DNA of 64,000 bases from Actinomycetota bacterium (GCA_045805285.1 JBJMLN010000009.1:4317-68316), one strand, 5' to 3'. Positions 1 through 10,224 are shown, numbered from the stretch's first letter. Made by a program: numbers and translations. The notes: generated by a model from the sequence alone, not told the origin.

Positions 1-3000
1 GACGCGGCGGTCTTCTCGAGGCCGGACTGCTTCTCCAGCAGCTGGTCCTGGCGCTGACGGAACTCGTTCTCGGCCATCGAGATGCGGTCCTCGGTGACCG
101 CGAGCGATCCCTCCGCCTTCGCGGCGCGTTCCTCGATCTGCTTGATCTGCGCCTGATACCGCTGCGCGAGCTCGTTGGCGTGCTTCGCGCGCTCCTCCAT
201 CACGTGGAACTGCTCCTCGGCCTGGAGGAGCTTCTCCCGCGCCCTCGCGAGCTCGGTCTCGGCGGCCTTGTAGCGCTCCTGGAGGCGCGGGCGCTCTGCC
301 TCCGCGGCGGAGACGCGCTTCTCCAGGTCGGCGAGCTTCGAGCGCGTCGCCCGCAGCTCGTCCTCCGCCTTCGAGCGGTGTTCCTCGACGCCCGGGAGCG
401 CCTCACGGAGCTCCTGCATCTCGGTGAGCTTCTGCTCCGCCTCCTCGAGGCGTGCGACGGCGGTCATGATCGGATCCTCGAGCCCGCGTAGACGGTCGTC
501 CGCCTCCTTCGCTCGACGGTCGAGCGCCTCGCGCGTGAGCTCAGCGTCCGCGACCCGCTGTTCGAGGTCGCTGCGGCCGCGCTGGATCTCCGCGACCTGC
601 ACCTCGAGTGCCTTGCTGCGCTCCTCGGCCTGTCGGAGCTTGGTCTCGAGCTCGGAGCGCACCCCCGCGAGATCGGCGTCGCTCGTGCCGCCCTTGTTCT
701 CAGCCGCGGCCTTGGCGAGCTCCTTCGCGCGAGCGTCCAGCTGTGCGGTCGTGCGCTCGGCCTCTTTCAGGAGCGTCTCGGCGTCGGCGAGCCGCTTCGT
801 CGCCTCGGTCGCGCGCTCCTCCGCGGCCTTGACCCGTTGCTCGGCCGTCTTCGCTCGTTGCTCCGCCGCCTGGACCTGTTGGTCGCCCTCGCCCATCTTC
901 CCCTCCAGCTCCCGGAGCCGCTTCCTCGCCTCGTCCAGCTGCTTGCGAGTCTCCCAGCCCGTTTCGCGTTCTGCGCTGACGCGGTCCATCGCCTCCTTCA
1001 CCCGGACCTCGGCGGAGGAGAGATCGTGCTGAGCGGCCTCGGCCCGCGCGGACGCGACCCGAGTCTGCTTGTTCATCTCCGTCAGGCGGCGTTCGGCGTC
1101 GAGGAGCTTCGCTTCCGCTGCCTCGACGGGCGGCTGGAGCTGCTCGAGCCGGACGGCGGAGGACTTCGCGGTCTCCTCGGCCTTCGCGGCGCGGGACTCA
1201 GCGTTCGCTGCGCGCTCCGCAGCGGCCTTGCGATCCGCCTCCGCTTTCGTCGCGCGCTCCACGGCGGTCTTGCGGTCCGCCTCGGCCTTCGTCGCGCGCT
1301 GCTCCAGGTCGGTCGCGCGATCGTTCGCGGCCTTGAGTTCGGACGCAGCCTTCTGGCTTGACTCGGCCGTGGCCCGGTCGCGCCCGGCGTCGGCTTGTGC
1401 CCGGTCACGAGCGGCGCCCGCTTGCGCGCTCTCGAGGCCCGCGGTCAGCATGCCGAGCTGCTTCTCCGCGTCCGCGAGGCGGTCGGAGAGCGACCGCGTC
1501 TGCTGCTGAAACGCGGTGCGCTGCTTCTCCAGGTCCGCGCGCCCCTGCTGGGACTCCGTGCGGGAGGCCTCCGCACGGGCGATGCGGTCGGAGGTCTCAC
1601 GCTGTCGGTCCTCCGCGGCCTTGAGCTTCGTCTCGAGGGAGGCGATCGTTGCGGCGGTCGCGGCAACAGAAGCCGCGGCCTTCGCTGCGTCGGGGATCTC
1701 CTTCGCCGGAGCGGCGGACTTCTTCTCGGCGGCGGCGAGCTTCGTCTCCAGCTCGGCGCGACTCGACTCGAGCTGTCGGACGCGATCGGCGGCGCTTCGC
1801 GCTTGCGTCTCGTGTTGCTTCGCCTGCGACTCCACCACCTTGCGCTGGTCCTCCGCCGCCTTGACGCGTGACTCGAGCTGCGCGATCTGATCCTGGAGCT
1901 GCTTGCTCCGCGCGTCGGCAGCGGCAGCAGCCGCCGCAGCTCCAGCGCCCGCGGCGGTCCCTTCGGTTGCGCCGGCCGGCTTCGGCGGCGCGCTGGAGAG
2001 TGGCTGCGGCCGTGACGCCGGCTCGCCGCCGCGGAGGCGCTTCACCTCCGCCTCGAGCGCCCGGAGCTTCTCCTTGTCCTGCAGTCCGAGGGCTGCGGTC
2101 TGACGCGCGCGCTCCTCCGCGAGCTCGGCGCGCTTCTCGGCCTGGCGGAGACGGCGCTCGAGGCCGGCGGAGGAGCCCTCGTCCGTTCCGGTCTCGACGG
2201 GGGCTCCTCCTCCCGGCGGAGACACTGCGGGCTTCGGCGGCGATCGCGTCGTTCCCACGTGGCGCGTCCCCGGCAGCCCGGTCTGCGGCGCGGGCGATCC
2301 ACCCGGCGTCGCGGGCTCCTTTCGAGAGAGCGTCGGCATCTTCCGCGAGCCGGAGAGCATCGACGGCGTCGCGATGAGGCAGATGACCAGGCCGACCGCG
2401 AAGACCGCCACGAGCGGCCACCACAGCTTGTCGATCGAGGGCTGGATCTGCGAATAGGTCTGGTCCACCTCCACGACGCCCGGGACGACGCCCGAGGAGG
2501 TCTTCGCCAATGGAACGTAGGTGCGAAGGGTCTTCTCGCTGATCCCCGGGAGGTGCTGCTGCTTCGTCGACGGATCGAAGACGGAGCTCGCGACCGTCCC
2601 TTGGAACGCGTCGTCGACGCTCGACGTCGCGACGTGCGGCTTCTTCGCGACGAGCACCTTCTCGGTCGAGAACGTGATCAGTTTGTCCTTGCGCCACAGC
2701 GTGATCCGGACGGTCCGGCCGTCCGTGAAGATGTGGTTCCGCGCGAGCGTGTCCAGCTCCTGATAGCGAGTGCCGCTCACGGGCTTGATGACGTCTGATG
2801 GTTGCAGCACTGGCTCGACGGAGTTGCGCACGAGGGAGACCGCGTACGCGTTCCCGGAATCCTCTACGCGCGACGGCGCCGTGAGGGCCATGTACAGCGA
2901 GACCGCCGTCCCGATCGCGAACAGCGCGACGAGGCCGATCCACAGCAGCCTGCCGCTCCGTCGGGCAGAGGCGGACGCGTCCGGTTTCGGCGACAGCTTC

Positions 3001-3017
3001 TTCGGGCTCGAGGACAT
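1..3017 (-). CDS. Membrane protein with two TM helices flanking a Cache/PDC-like extracellular domain, then a Pro-rich linker and a very long coiled coil (3' end outside window, more than 1005 aa)
   Basis: Hand translation from ATG 3017: MSSSPKK...LLWIGLVALFAIGTAVSLYMAL (TM1)...VRITLWRKDKLITFST...TYVPL...GVVEVDQ...LWWPLVAVFAVGLVICLIA (TM2), then E/A/R/K/Q-rich heptads, still in frame at position 3. Missing from the ORF track because there is no stop in the window. Confidence 0.85.
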   Translation of the reverse strand, partial: MSSSPKKLSPKPDASASARRSGRLLWIGLVALFAIGTAVSLYMALTAPSRVEDSGNAYAVSLVRNSVEPVLQPSDVIKPVSGTRYQELDTLARNHIFTDGRTVRITLWRKDKLITFSTEKVLVAKKPHVATSSVDDAFQGTVASSVFDPSTKQQHLPGISEKTLRTYVPLAKTSSGVVPGVVEVDQTYSQIQPSIDKLWWPLVAVFAVGLVICLIATPSMLSGSRKMPTLSRKEPATPGGSPAPQTGLPGTRHVGTTRSPPKPAVSPPGGGAPVETGTDEGSSAGLERRLRQAEKRAELAEERARQTAALGLQDKEKLRALEAEVKRLRGGEPASRPQPLSSAPPKPAGATEGTAAGAGAAAAAAAADARSKQLQDQIAQLESRVKAAEDQRKVVESQAKQHETQARSAADRVRQLESSRAELETKLAAAEKKSAAPAKEIPDAAKAAASVAATAATIASLETKLKAAEDRQRETSDRIARAEASRTESQQGRADLEKQRTAFQQQTRSLSDRLADAEKQLGMLTAGLESAQAGAARDRAQADAGRDRATAESSQKAASELKAANDRATDLEQRATKAEADRKTAVERATKAEADRKAAAERAANAESRAAKAEETAKSSAVRLEQLQPPVEAAEAKLLDAERRLTEMNKQTRVASARAEAAQHDLSSAEVRVKEAMDRVSAERETGWETRKQLDEARKRLRELEGKMGEGDQQVQAAEQRAKTAEQRVKAAEERATEATKRLADAETLLKEAERTTAQLDARAKELAKAAAENKGGTSDADLAGVRSELETKLRQAEERSKALEVQVAEIQRGRSDLEQRVADAELTREALDRRAKEADDRLRGLEDPIMTAVARLEEAEQKLTEMQELREALPGVEEHRSKAEDELRATRSKLADLEKRVSAAEAERPRLQERYKAAETELARAREKLLQAEEQFHVMEERAKHANELAQRYQAQIKQIEERAAKAEGSLAVTEDRISMAENEFRQRQDQLLEKQSGLEKTAA

Positions 3018-3205
3018 AGGTCAGAGAGGGTATCGGCTGCGGCGGGGCATTCCCCGACCGCGCTATCTTGCCTCGTCCTCGCTGTTTGCCGCCAGTGGGG
3101 CGACCTTCCGGAGGGCCCGTCGGGTTCGGGGTTCCGAGAGCGATCCGCCGGATCCGTGGAGTCATCCCGCCGGAGGTGTCGGTGGAGGCGACTATCCTTC
3201 GGCGC

Positions 3206-4183
3206 ATGGTCGTCCGACCGAGCCTCCTCCCGGTCCGTCTTCGGGCCGATCCGTGGGCGCCCGACCACGGGATGGGCTTCGAGGCGGTCACCGACGAGAT
3301 CGCGCCGCGCGTCGATCCCGCCGTGGAGACCGCCGACTGGTCGCTTCCGCGCAGCCTGGGCGCGGTGGAGGAGTGTCCACTGCATTTCGTCGACGGCGTA
3401 CGGCGGGTGGAACTCCGTCTCATCGCCGAGCAGCAGGGCAGGCGCGTCCCGGGGTTGTTCGGCTCGTCCGCCGTCGGCGCCGTTCGCTGCGACGGAGACG
3501 CGACGTTCGCCGACGCAGCGATCGCGCGATTCGTCATCCTCGGTGGCGGTGTGCGCGGTGAGGCCGTGGACGTTCGCGCCCCGAACGGAACGCTCCGCTT
3601 CGAGCCCGTCACCGAGGCGGGCGACGATCCCGACGTGCCGTTGATGGGCCTTCAACAGCTGATGCGCAAGGCTGAGGCCGGTGTCGCCGCGCGGGTCGCC
3701 GCCGCGGAGGGTGAGCTCGTGCTCGTCGACGGACCGCTGATGTTCTCCGATCCGACGCAGAGTCCGGTCGTCGGCGTCGTGAAGCGCTTCGTGCGCGCGT
3801 ACCTCGATGGGGAGCACGATGCGCTCCTCGCGAAGCTCGGCGCGGGTGAGCGCACGCCGCTGTTCGGGCTCGGCCGCGCCGAGGGCCCGCTCGATCGATA
3901 CGCGTGGTACGCGCGCCTCGTTCCGTCGCGGCCGCACTGGCACGATCACGCCGGCGTCGTCCGCTGCGAGCTCCGCTCGGACCTCGGTCTCGAACGGGCC
4001 GTCGAGATCGCCGACCGGGTGACGTCGGTGCTCCCGCGGTTCGCGGGACGCCCGAGCGATCCCCGGTATCCGCAGAACCTCTCGGTCGTCGGAAGGCTGG
4101 AGGAGTGGCTCCGTCACCGCCTCGGCCACGCCGCGATCGTGCGCCGGAGCCTGATCCGCCATCTGACGCTGGAGGCCGCGTGA
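3206..4183 (+). CDS. nurA: NurA-family nuclease
   Basis: RLRADPW N-terminus, FVDGVRR and VLVDGPL acidic motifs, PQNL...LEEWLRHRLG C-terminus. Directly upstream of herA. Start at ATG 3206 is inferred. Confidence 0.8.
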   Translation: MVVRPSLLPVRLRADPWAPDHGMGFEAVTDEIAPRVDPAVETADWSLPRSLGAVEECPLHFVDGVRRVELRLIAEQQGRRVPGLFGSSAVGAVRCDGDATFADAAIARFVILGGGVRGEAVDVRAPNGTLRFEPVTEAGDDPDVPLMGLQQLMRKAEAGVAARVAAAEGELVLVDGPLMFSDPTQSPVVGVVKRFVRAYLDGEHDALLAKLGAGERTPLFGLGRAEGPLDRYAWYARLVPSRPHWHDHAGVVRCELRSDLGLERAVEIADRVTSVLPRFAGRPSDPRYPQNLSVVGRLEEWLRHRLGHAAIVRRSLIRHLTLEAA

Positions 4184-4199
4184 GGGCGGAACGGGACGG

Positions 4200-5894
4200 A
4201 TGATCGAACCCCAGGAGGTCTCCGAGCCGGTCGGGATGGTCCTTGGGACCGAGGACTCCACGCCGCTCACGTTCTGGGTCGGGGTCGCGGCCGACTCCTA
4301 TCTCCAGCTCGACGACGCCGTGATCGTCGACACGGAGGTGCCCGGACGGGGCATCGTTCGCATCGCCGGGATCGTGCAGGACGTCCGCGCCCGGCACGAG
4401 GGAGCGCAGTTCGACTCCGATGTGTTCCTGGTGGAGGAGGGCGTGCTGCCGGTCGACACCGCGGTCGCGGCGGAGATCGTCGCGACGCGCTTCGAGCCGG
4501 AGATCTTCGTTCCGCCGATGCCGGGCCTCCAGGCGCTCCGAGCTCGCGGCAAGGACCGCGACGAGGCGATGTACTTCGATCAGATGGAGCGCCGCGTCGT
4601 CGCGGGCCTCACGCGTGACGGAGAGCCGGTGTTCCTCGACCTCGACTTCCTCGACGGATCGCGCGGCGCGCACGTGAACATCTCCGGGATTTCCGGCGTG
4701 GCGACGAAGACGACCTACGCGCTGTTCCTGCTGTACGCGCTCTTCCACTCTCCGGTGCTCGGCGCGTACCGCGCGAACACGAAGGCGATCGTGTTCAACG
4801 TCAAGGGCGAGGATCTGATGTGGCTCGACACGCCGAACGCTCGGCTGTCGGAGGAGGACCGCGAGGACTACCGCCGAATCGGGCTCGAGCCGGGCGCGTT
4901 CGACTCCGTGGGGCTGTGGGCGCCGGTGCGTCCGGATGCGGCGGGGAACGCGCTTCCGCAGGTGGAGGGTCGTGCGACCGGCGTCACCGCGTACTACTGG
5001 ACCGTTCGGGAGTTCGTGCGCGAGCGCTATCTGCGGTTCCTTTTCGCGGAGGCGGACGACGAGCGCTCGCAGATCGCCGACCTCGTCGCGCGCGTCGAGT
5101 CCTATCTCGACAAGGAGTGCGAGGACGATCCGGAGCACGACGCCACCGTCTCCCATGGCGGGTACCCCGTCCGGAGCTTCGAGGAGCTCTCGGACCTGAT
5201 CCGCTCGCAGGTGGAGGACGACGGCTCTCCGTGGCGTGGACGGCTCTCCGACGCGACCGTCGCCGCGTTCGTCCGCCGCCTCGACGCCGCGCGGTATCGG
5301 ATGGGTCATCTGATCTGGGGCCGCGAGGCCGAGGACCCGCGCGCGCACCGGATCGACTGGGAGGCGAACCAGGTGACGGTGGTGGACATCCACAACCTCC
5401 ACGACCGCGCGAAGCGCTTTGTCACCGGCGTCGTGATCAAGCGCCTGTTCGAGCACAAGGAGCGGATGGGCCGGCGGGAGCCGCTCACGTTCCTGGTCCT
5501 GGACGAGCTGAACCGCTACGCGCCGCGCGACGGATGGAGTCCGATCAAGGAGGTGCTCCTCGACGTCGCGGAGCGCGGTCGCTCCCTCGGCATGATCCTG
5601 ATCGGCGCCGAGCAGACCGCGAGCGAGGTGGAGCGGCGCGTGATCGCGAACTCCGCCTTCCGTGTCGTCGGACGGCTCGACACCGCGGAGGCGCAACGCG
5701 GCGAGTATGGGTTCCTGCCGGCGGTCACGCGCTCGCGCGCGTCGATCCTGAAGCCGGGGTCGATGATCCTTCAGCAGCCGCACATCCCGATCCCGATCCA
5801 GGTGCGTTTCCCGTTCCCGTCGTGGGCGACGCGTGCGGACGAGGCAGCTTCCGACACGAGCGCCGATCCGTTCGGCGCGTTCGAGGGGGACTGA
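4200..5894 (+). CDS. herA: HerA-family ATPase/DNA translocase
   Basis: N-terminal HAS-barrel-like region, variant Walker A HVNISGISGVATKT, Walker B FLVLDE, ERGRSLG Arg finger, AEQ motif. Confidence 0.88.
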   Translation: MIEPQEVSEPVGMVLGTEDSTPLTFWVGVAADSYLQLDDAVIVDTEVPGRGIVRIAGIVQDVRARHEGAQFDSDVFLVEEGVLPVDTAVAAEIVATRFEPEIFVPPMPGLQALRARGKDRDEAMYFDQMERRVVAGLTRDGEPVFLDLDFLDGSRGAHVNISGISGVATKTTYALFLLYALFHSPVLGAYRANTKAIVFNVKGEDLMWLDTPNARLSEEDREDYRRIGLEPGAFDSVGLWAPVRPDAAGNALPQVEGRATGVTAYYWTVREFVRERYLRFLFAEADDERSQIADLVARVESYLDKECEDDPEHDATVSHGGYPVRSFEELSDLIRSQVEDDGSPWRGRLSDATVAAFVRRLDAARYRMGHLIWGREAEDPRAHRIDWEANQVTVVDIHNLHDRAKRFVTGVVIKRLFEHKERMGRREPLTFLVLDELNRYAPRDGWSPIKEVLLDVAERGRSLGMILIGAEQTASEVERRVIANSAFRVVGRLDTAEAQRGEYGFLPAVTRSRASILKPGSMILQQPHIPIPIQVRFPFPSWATRADEAASDTSADPFGAFEGD

Positions 5895-5901
5895 GCGCCG
5901 C

Positions 5902-7086
5902 TTGCGGCTGCTGCACACCGCGGACTGGCACGTCGGAAAGGCGATCCGCGGCCGCTCTCGCTCCGACGAGTTCGCGGCCGCGATCGACGAGGTCATCGGC
6001 ATCGCCGTGGACGAGCGCGTCGACTGGGTGCTCGTCGCGGGTGACGTTTGGGAGCACCGCGTCCCCTCTCCCGAAGCGGCGGGCCCCGTGTTCGAGGCGA
6101 CGATCCGTCTCCACGAGGCGGGGATCCGCGCCGTGCTCATCCCGGGCAACCACGATTCGCCCCAGCTGTTCCGATCGCTCGCGGGTCTCGTGCGTGGCGT
6201 CGGCTCGTTCCTCGTTCCGCAGGTCGTGCCGCCGAAGGACGGCGGCATCCTCCGGCTGCCGTCCCGCGACGGCTCCGAGGAGCTGGAGCTTGCCTGCGTC
6301 CCCTTCGTTCCGGAGCGCCGGTTCGGTGACGCCGCAGCACTCTTCGAGGCGAGCGAGTCCTGGTACCAGTCCTACGTCGAGGGGATGGGAAATCTCCTGG
6401 CGGCGATCGCGGCCGGCTTCACGCCCGGCGCCGCGTCGGTGATCCTCGGCCATTTCTTCACCGACGGCGCGCTGGTGACGCCGGGCGGCGGCGAGCGCGA
6501 GCTCACGATCGGGATGGCCTACGCCGTGCCGCCGTCGCGGCTGCCCGGAACCGTGAGCTATGTCGCGCTCGGCCACGTGCACCTCCCGCAAGCCGTGAAG
6601 GGGTCTCCCGTGCCGGCTCGGTACGCGGGCTCGCTGCTGCAGCTCGACTTCGGAGAGGCGGGGCAGCGGAAATCCGTCGCGATCGTCGACGTGAAGCCCG
6701 GCGTGCCCGCGAAGGTGACGGAGGTGCCGCTCACCTCCGGGCGGCCGCTCACCGACCTCCGCGGAACGTTCGACGAGGTCGTCGCGCAGGGCGCCGCCGC
6801 CGGCGACGCGCACCTGCGGGTCTACGTGCAGACCGACGGACCGGTGCCCGGCCTTGCGGACCGTATCCGGGAGGAGCTTCCGAACGCCCTCGACATTCAT
6901 CTCGTCTATGACCGCGACGAATACCACGCGTCGGAGACGCCGGTGTCCTCGCTTCAGCCGCGCGAGCAGTTCGTCGCGTACTACCGGCGCCAGCACGAGG
7001 CCGAGGTGCCGGAGGAGATCCTCTCGGCGTTCGACGAGGTGCTCGATCTCGAGCTCCACCCCGCGCAGCAGACGGTGGAGGCCTGA
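5902..7086 (+). CDS. sbcD: SbcD/Mre11 nuclease
   Basis: LLHTADWH, AGD, PGNHD, LGHF, ALGHVH and YAGS metallophosphoesterase motifs. TTG start at 5902. Confidence 0.92.
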   Translation: MRLLHTADWHVGKAIRGRSRSDEFAAAIDEVIGIAVDERVDWVLVAGDVWEHRVPSPEAAGPVFEATIRLHEAGIRAVLIPGNHDSPQLFRSLAGLVRGVGSFLVPQVVPPKDGGILRLPSRDGSEELELACVPFVPERRFGDAAALFEASESWYQSYVEGMGNLLAAIAAGFTPGAASVILGHFFTDGALVTPGGGERELTIGMAYAVPPSRLPGTVSYVALGHVHLPQAVKGSPVPARYAGSLLQLDFGEAGQRKSVAIVDVKPGVPAKVTEVPLTSGRPLTDLRGTFDEVVAQGAAAGDAHLRVYVQTDGPVPGLADRIREELPNALDIHLVYDRDEYHASETPVSSLQPREQFVAYYRRQHEAEVPEEILSAFDEVLDLELHPAQQTVEA

Positions 7087-9659
7087 TGCGGCCGATCCGG
7101 ATGGAGGTCAAGGGGTTCACGGCGTTCCGCGACGCGCAGACGCTCGAGTTCGACGGCCTCGACCTGTTCGCGATCTCCGGCCCGACCGGGTCCGGTAAGT
7201 CCTCGATCCTCGACGCCATCACGTACGCGCTGTTCGGCTACGTCGAGCGGGTCGGAAAACAGGTCGGGCAACTCATCAGCCAGGGGCAGCCGGCGATGTC
7301 GGTGTTGCTGGAGTTCGCGGTGAACGACGACCGTTACCAGGTCACTCGGCGAACGCCCGCGAGCGGAGCGACGAAGATCCTCCTCGCGCGCTGGAACGGC
7401 GACGAGTGGCAGCAGGTCGGCGAGGGAGCGGACCGCGTCCTCGGCGCCAACGCGATCATCCGCGACACGCTCGGTCTCGATTACGACGCGTTCACGCGGA
7501 CGGTGCTCCTGCCGCAGGGGAAGTTCGCGCAATTCCTCTCCGGCGACGCGAAGGAGCGCCGCGACATCCTGACGGAGCTCCTCGGCCTCGAGCTCTTCGA
7601 ACGGCTCGCACGAAGCGCGGGAGATCTCAAGCGCGCCGCCGACGCGGAGGTGAACGCTAAGGAGACCGTGCTCGCGCGCGAATACGCCGGCGTGACTCCC
7701 GAGGCGGTAGAGGCGGCCGTCCGGCTCGTGGAGCGATTCGCCGAACGCGATGCGATCCTCGCCAACGCCGAGGAGGCCGTTCGCGAGCTCGCGCAGCGCG
7801 GCGCCGACGCGGAGCGCTCGGTGGAGGAGCTCCGCTCCGTGGCGAGCGAGGCCGAGCGCGCGGCATCCACGGCGGCGACGGTTGCGGCGTCCCTCGAGGA
7901 GGTGGAGGACGCGATCGGCGACGCCGACGCGGTTGCGAAGACTGCGGCGAAGGATCTCGCCGCGAAGGAGAAGGACGCCGCCAAAGCGAGGTCGGCGCTC
8001 GCGAGGGCTGAGAAGGAGTCGGGCACCGCGGCCGAGCTCGGCCGAATGCGCGCGAGGGCCGAGAGCGTCGACGCCGCGCGCGCAGAGCTCGACGAGGCGG
8101 AAGCTGACGTGAAGGCCGCGGAGCGCGAACGTCCGCTCGCTCGCAAGGCGCTCGACGCCGCGGAACAGGTCCTTGCCGTCGCGACCGCCGATGCGGAGGC
8201 CGCGATCCTGGCCGTCTCCGGCGCGCGGGAGGATCTCCACGCCGCCCAGCACGCCGACATGGCGGCCACGCTCCGCTCCGGCGTCCACGCGGGCGACGAG
8301 TGCCCGGTCTGCGGCCGCGAGATCGAGCGGCTTCCCAGGGGGCGACGCGCGCCGACGCTCGAGAAGGCGAACGCCGCGATCGCGAAGGCCGAGGCGGTCG
8401 CGGCGAAGGCCGACGATGCGATCGACCGCGCGAAGGCCGCTCGTGACGACGCGAGGCGGAACGCGGAGGCCGCGGACCGAGCCGTCGGCGAGGAGCAGAA
8501 GCGCAGGACGAAGCTCGCCGCCGCGCTCGCCGCGATCACGAAGGAGCTCTCCGCAGCGCTCGGGCCGAAGGCAGCGTCTGATCCGGTCGCTGCGGTGGAC
8601 GCGCGACTCCGCAAGCTCGACGACCTGGAGTCGGCGTGCGACGTCGCCGACGACGCGGTCGCCGAAGCGAAGGAGTCGGCCGTCGCCGCCGACCGCGAGC
8701 GGGATGCGATCGCCGCGCGCGTGAAGGAGCTCCGCGCGCGAGCCGAGGGCCTGAACGCGGCGGGCATCGCCGAACGCGCGAGGACCGCGGGCGGAGCCGA
8801 CCTCGCCGTCGAGGAGCCACCGTCGGTCGGCGGGGGATCCGACGTCGCCGGCGTTCGGCGGAACGCGCAAGCGGCGGCGGAGCATCTCTCCGCGCTCTCG
8901 GAGCGGCTCCACGAGCTCGCGGAACGACGCGCGAAGCAGTCCTCCGCTCTGCTCACGGAGATGCACGCGGCGACGCAGGATCTGGTCGAACCCGGCGATA
9001 CGCCGCAGCGGCACGTGTCCGGCGTCGCCGCCGCGCGCGCGCGATCCGCGAAGGAGCTGGCAGGCGCCGAGCACCGCGCGGGAGATCTGGAGCGAAAGCT
9101 GGAGCACGTCGGAACGCTCACGGAGGAGATCGCCGAGCAGCGCTCGCGTCTGATCCGCTTCGACGCGCTCGCGAAGGAGCTCCGCGCCGACCGCGTGATC
9201 TCGTTCCTGCAGGCGGAGGCGCTCCAGCTCCTTGCTGCCGCGGGCTCGCAGCGCCTCGCGACGTTGTCGTCGGACCGTTACCGGCTCGCGTTCGAAGGCG
9301 ACGAGTTTTTCGTCGTCGACACGTGGAACGGCGAGGAGCGGCGGAGCGTCCGCACGCTGTCGGGCGGCGAGACGTTCCTGGCATCACTCGCGCTCGCATT
9401 GGCGCTCTCGGAGCAGGTCCGGTCGCTCTCCGTCTCGGAGAAGGCGCGGATCGACTCCCTGTTCCTCGACGAGGGCTTCGGAACGCTCGACCCGGAGTCG
9501 CTCGAGGTGGTCGTCGACGCGATCGAACAGCTCGGGGGCGACGGGCGGATGGTCGGCGTGATCACGCACGTCCAGGAGCTCGCGATCCGGCTGCCGGCGC
9601 GCATCGAGGTGGAGAAGTCGCCGCGGGGGAGCCGTCTCACCGTCGTCGCCGCCGAATAG
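7086..9659 (+). CDS. sbcC: SbcC/Rad50 SMC-like ATPase
   Basis: GPTGSGKS, LPQGKF Q-loop, CPVC zinc hook in mid coiled coil, LSGGE, FLDEGFG, ITH. Start overlaps the sbcD stop (TGATG). Confidence 0.93.
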   Translation: MRPIRMEVKGFTAFRDAQTLEFDGLDLFAISGPTGSGKSSILDAITYALFGYVERVGKQVGQLISQGQPAMSVLLEFAVNDDRYQVTRRTPASGATKILLARWNGDEWQQVGEGADRVLGANAIIRDTLGLDYDAFTRTVLLPQGKFAQFLSGDAKERRDILTELLGLELFERLARSAGDLKRAADAEVNAKETVLAREYAGVTPEAVEAAVRLVERFAERDAILANAEEAVRELAQRGADAERSVEELRSVASEAERAASTAATVAASLEEVEDAIGDADAVAKTAAKDLAAKEKDAAKARSALARAEKESGTAAELGRMRARAESVDAARAELDEAEADVKAAERERPLARKALDAAEQVLAVATADAEAAILAVSGAREDLHAAQHADMAATLRSGVHAGDECPVCGREIERLPRGRRAPTLEKANAAIAKAEAVAAKADDAIDRAKAARDDARRNAEAADRAVGEEQKRRTKLAAALAAITKELSAALGPKAASDPVAAVDARLRKLDDLESACDVADDAVAEAKESAVAADRERDAIAARVKELRARAEGLNAAGIAERARTAGGADLAVEEPPSVGGGSDVAGVRRNAQAAAEHLSALSERLHELAERRAKQSSALLTEMHAATQDLVEPGDTPQRHVSGVAAARARSAKELAGAEHRAGDLERKLEHVGTLTEEIAEQRSRLIRFDALAKELRADRVISFLQAEALQLLAAAGSQRLATLSSDRYRLAFEGDEFFVVDTWNGEERRSVRTLSGGETFLASLALALALSEQVRSLSVSEKARIDSLFLDEGFGTLDPESLEVVVDAIEQLGGDGRMVGVITHVQELAIRLPARIEVEKSPRGSRLTVVAAE

Positions 9660-9714
9660 AGCCTCGGCGCCGCCGGAGCACGCCGCGGATCCCCGCCGGA
9701 TAGCATCTTGCGCG

Positions 9715-10224
9715 ATGACGGACTGGAACCTCACGCCGAAGCCCGTCGCCGACTCGCAGGTCCTCCTCGCGGAGCTCATGTCGATCGTCGACACGAACGT
9801 CGCCGGGATCGTCCACGGCGGCACGATCATGAAGCTCGTCGACACCGCGGCCGGCCTCGCGGCGATCAAGCACGCCGGAGGGATGTGCGTCACGGCCTCC
9901 GTCGACGAGATGAGCTTCCTCGCGGCCGTCCACGTCGGCGACGTCGTCACGGTGAAGGCGTCGGTGAACGACGTCGGAACGACCTCCCTCGAGGTCGGCG
10001 CCCGCGTCGAGACGGAGAACTACGTCACGCACGAGCGTGTCCACACCTCCAGCGCGTATCTGGTGTTCGTCGCGCTCGACGAGCACGGCCGTCCGCGGCC
10101 CGTTCCGCCGGTCGTGCCGCAGACCGACGACGAGCTGCGGCGGCAACGTGAGGCGAAGCTCCGTCGCGACGTGCGGCTCGCCCACAAGCAGGCGATCGCG
10201 GAGGGCCGCGTCTCCGGAGCGTGA
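9715..10224 (+). CDS. Hotdog-fold acyl-CoA thioesterase
   Basis: DTNVAGIVHGGTIMKLVD and VTASVD motifs of the YciA-type family. Confidence 0.88.
   Translation: MTDWNLTPKPVADSQVLLAELMSIVDTNVAGIVHGGTIMKLVDTAAGLAAIKHAGGMCVTASVDEMSFLAAVHVGDVVTVKASVNDVGTTSLEVGARVETENYVTHERVHTSSAYLVFVALDEHGRPRPVPPVVPQTDDELRRQREAKLRRDVRLAHKQAIAEGRVSGA

Noticed and set aside
180-2800. Plus-strand ORFs and the minus-strand ORF 1597-3612 in the ORF track
   Set aside because: Explained as shadows or off-frame readings of the single minus-strand coiled-coil gene starting at 3017.
3206-5894. HerA pair as a known anti-phage system (Sir2-HerA, DUF4297-HerA)
   Set aside because: The partner is NurA-like, and the operon includes sbcDC in a core-genome context with no defence-island or mobility genes.
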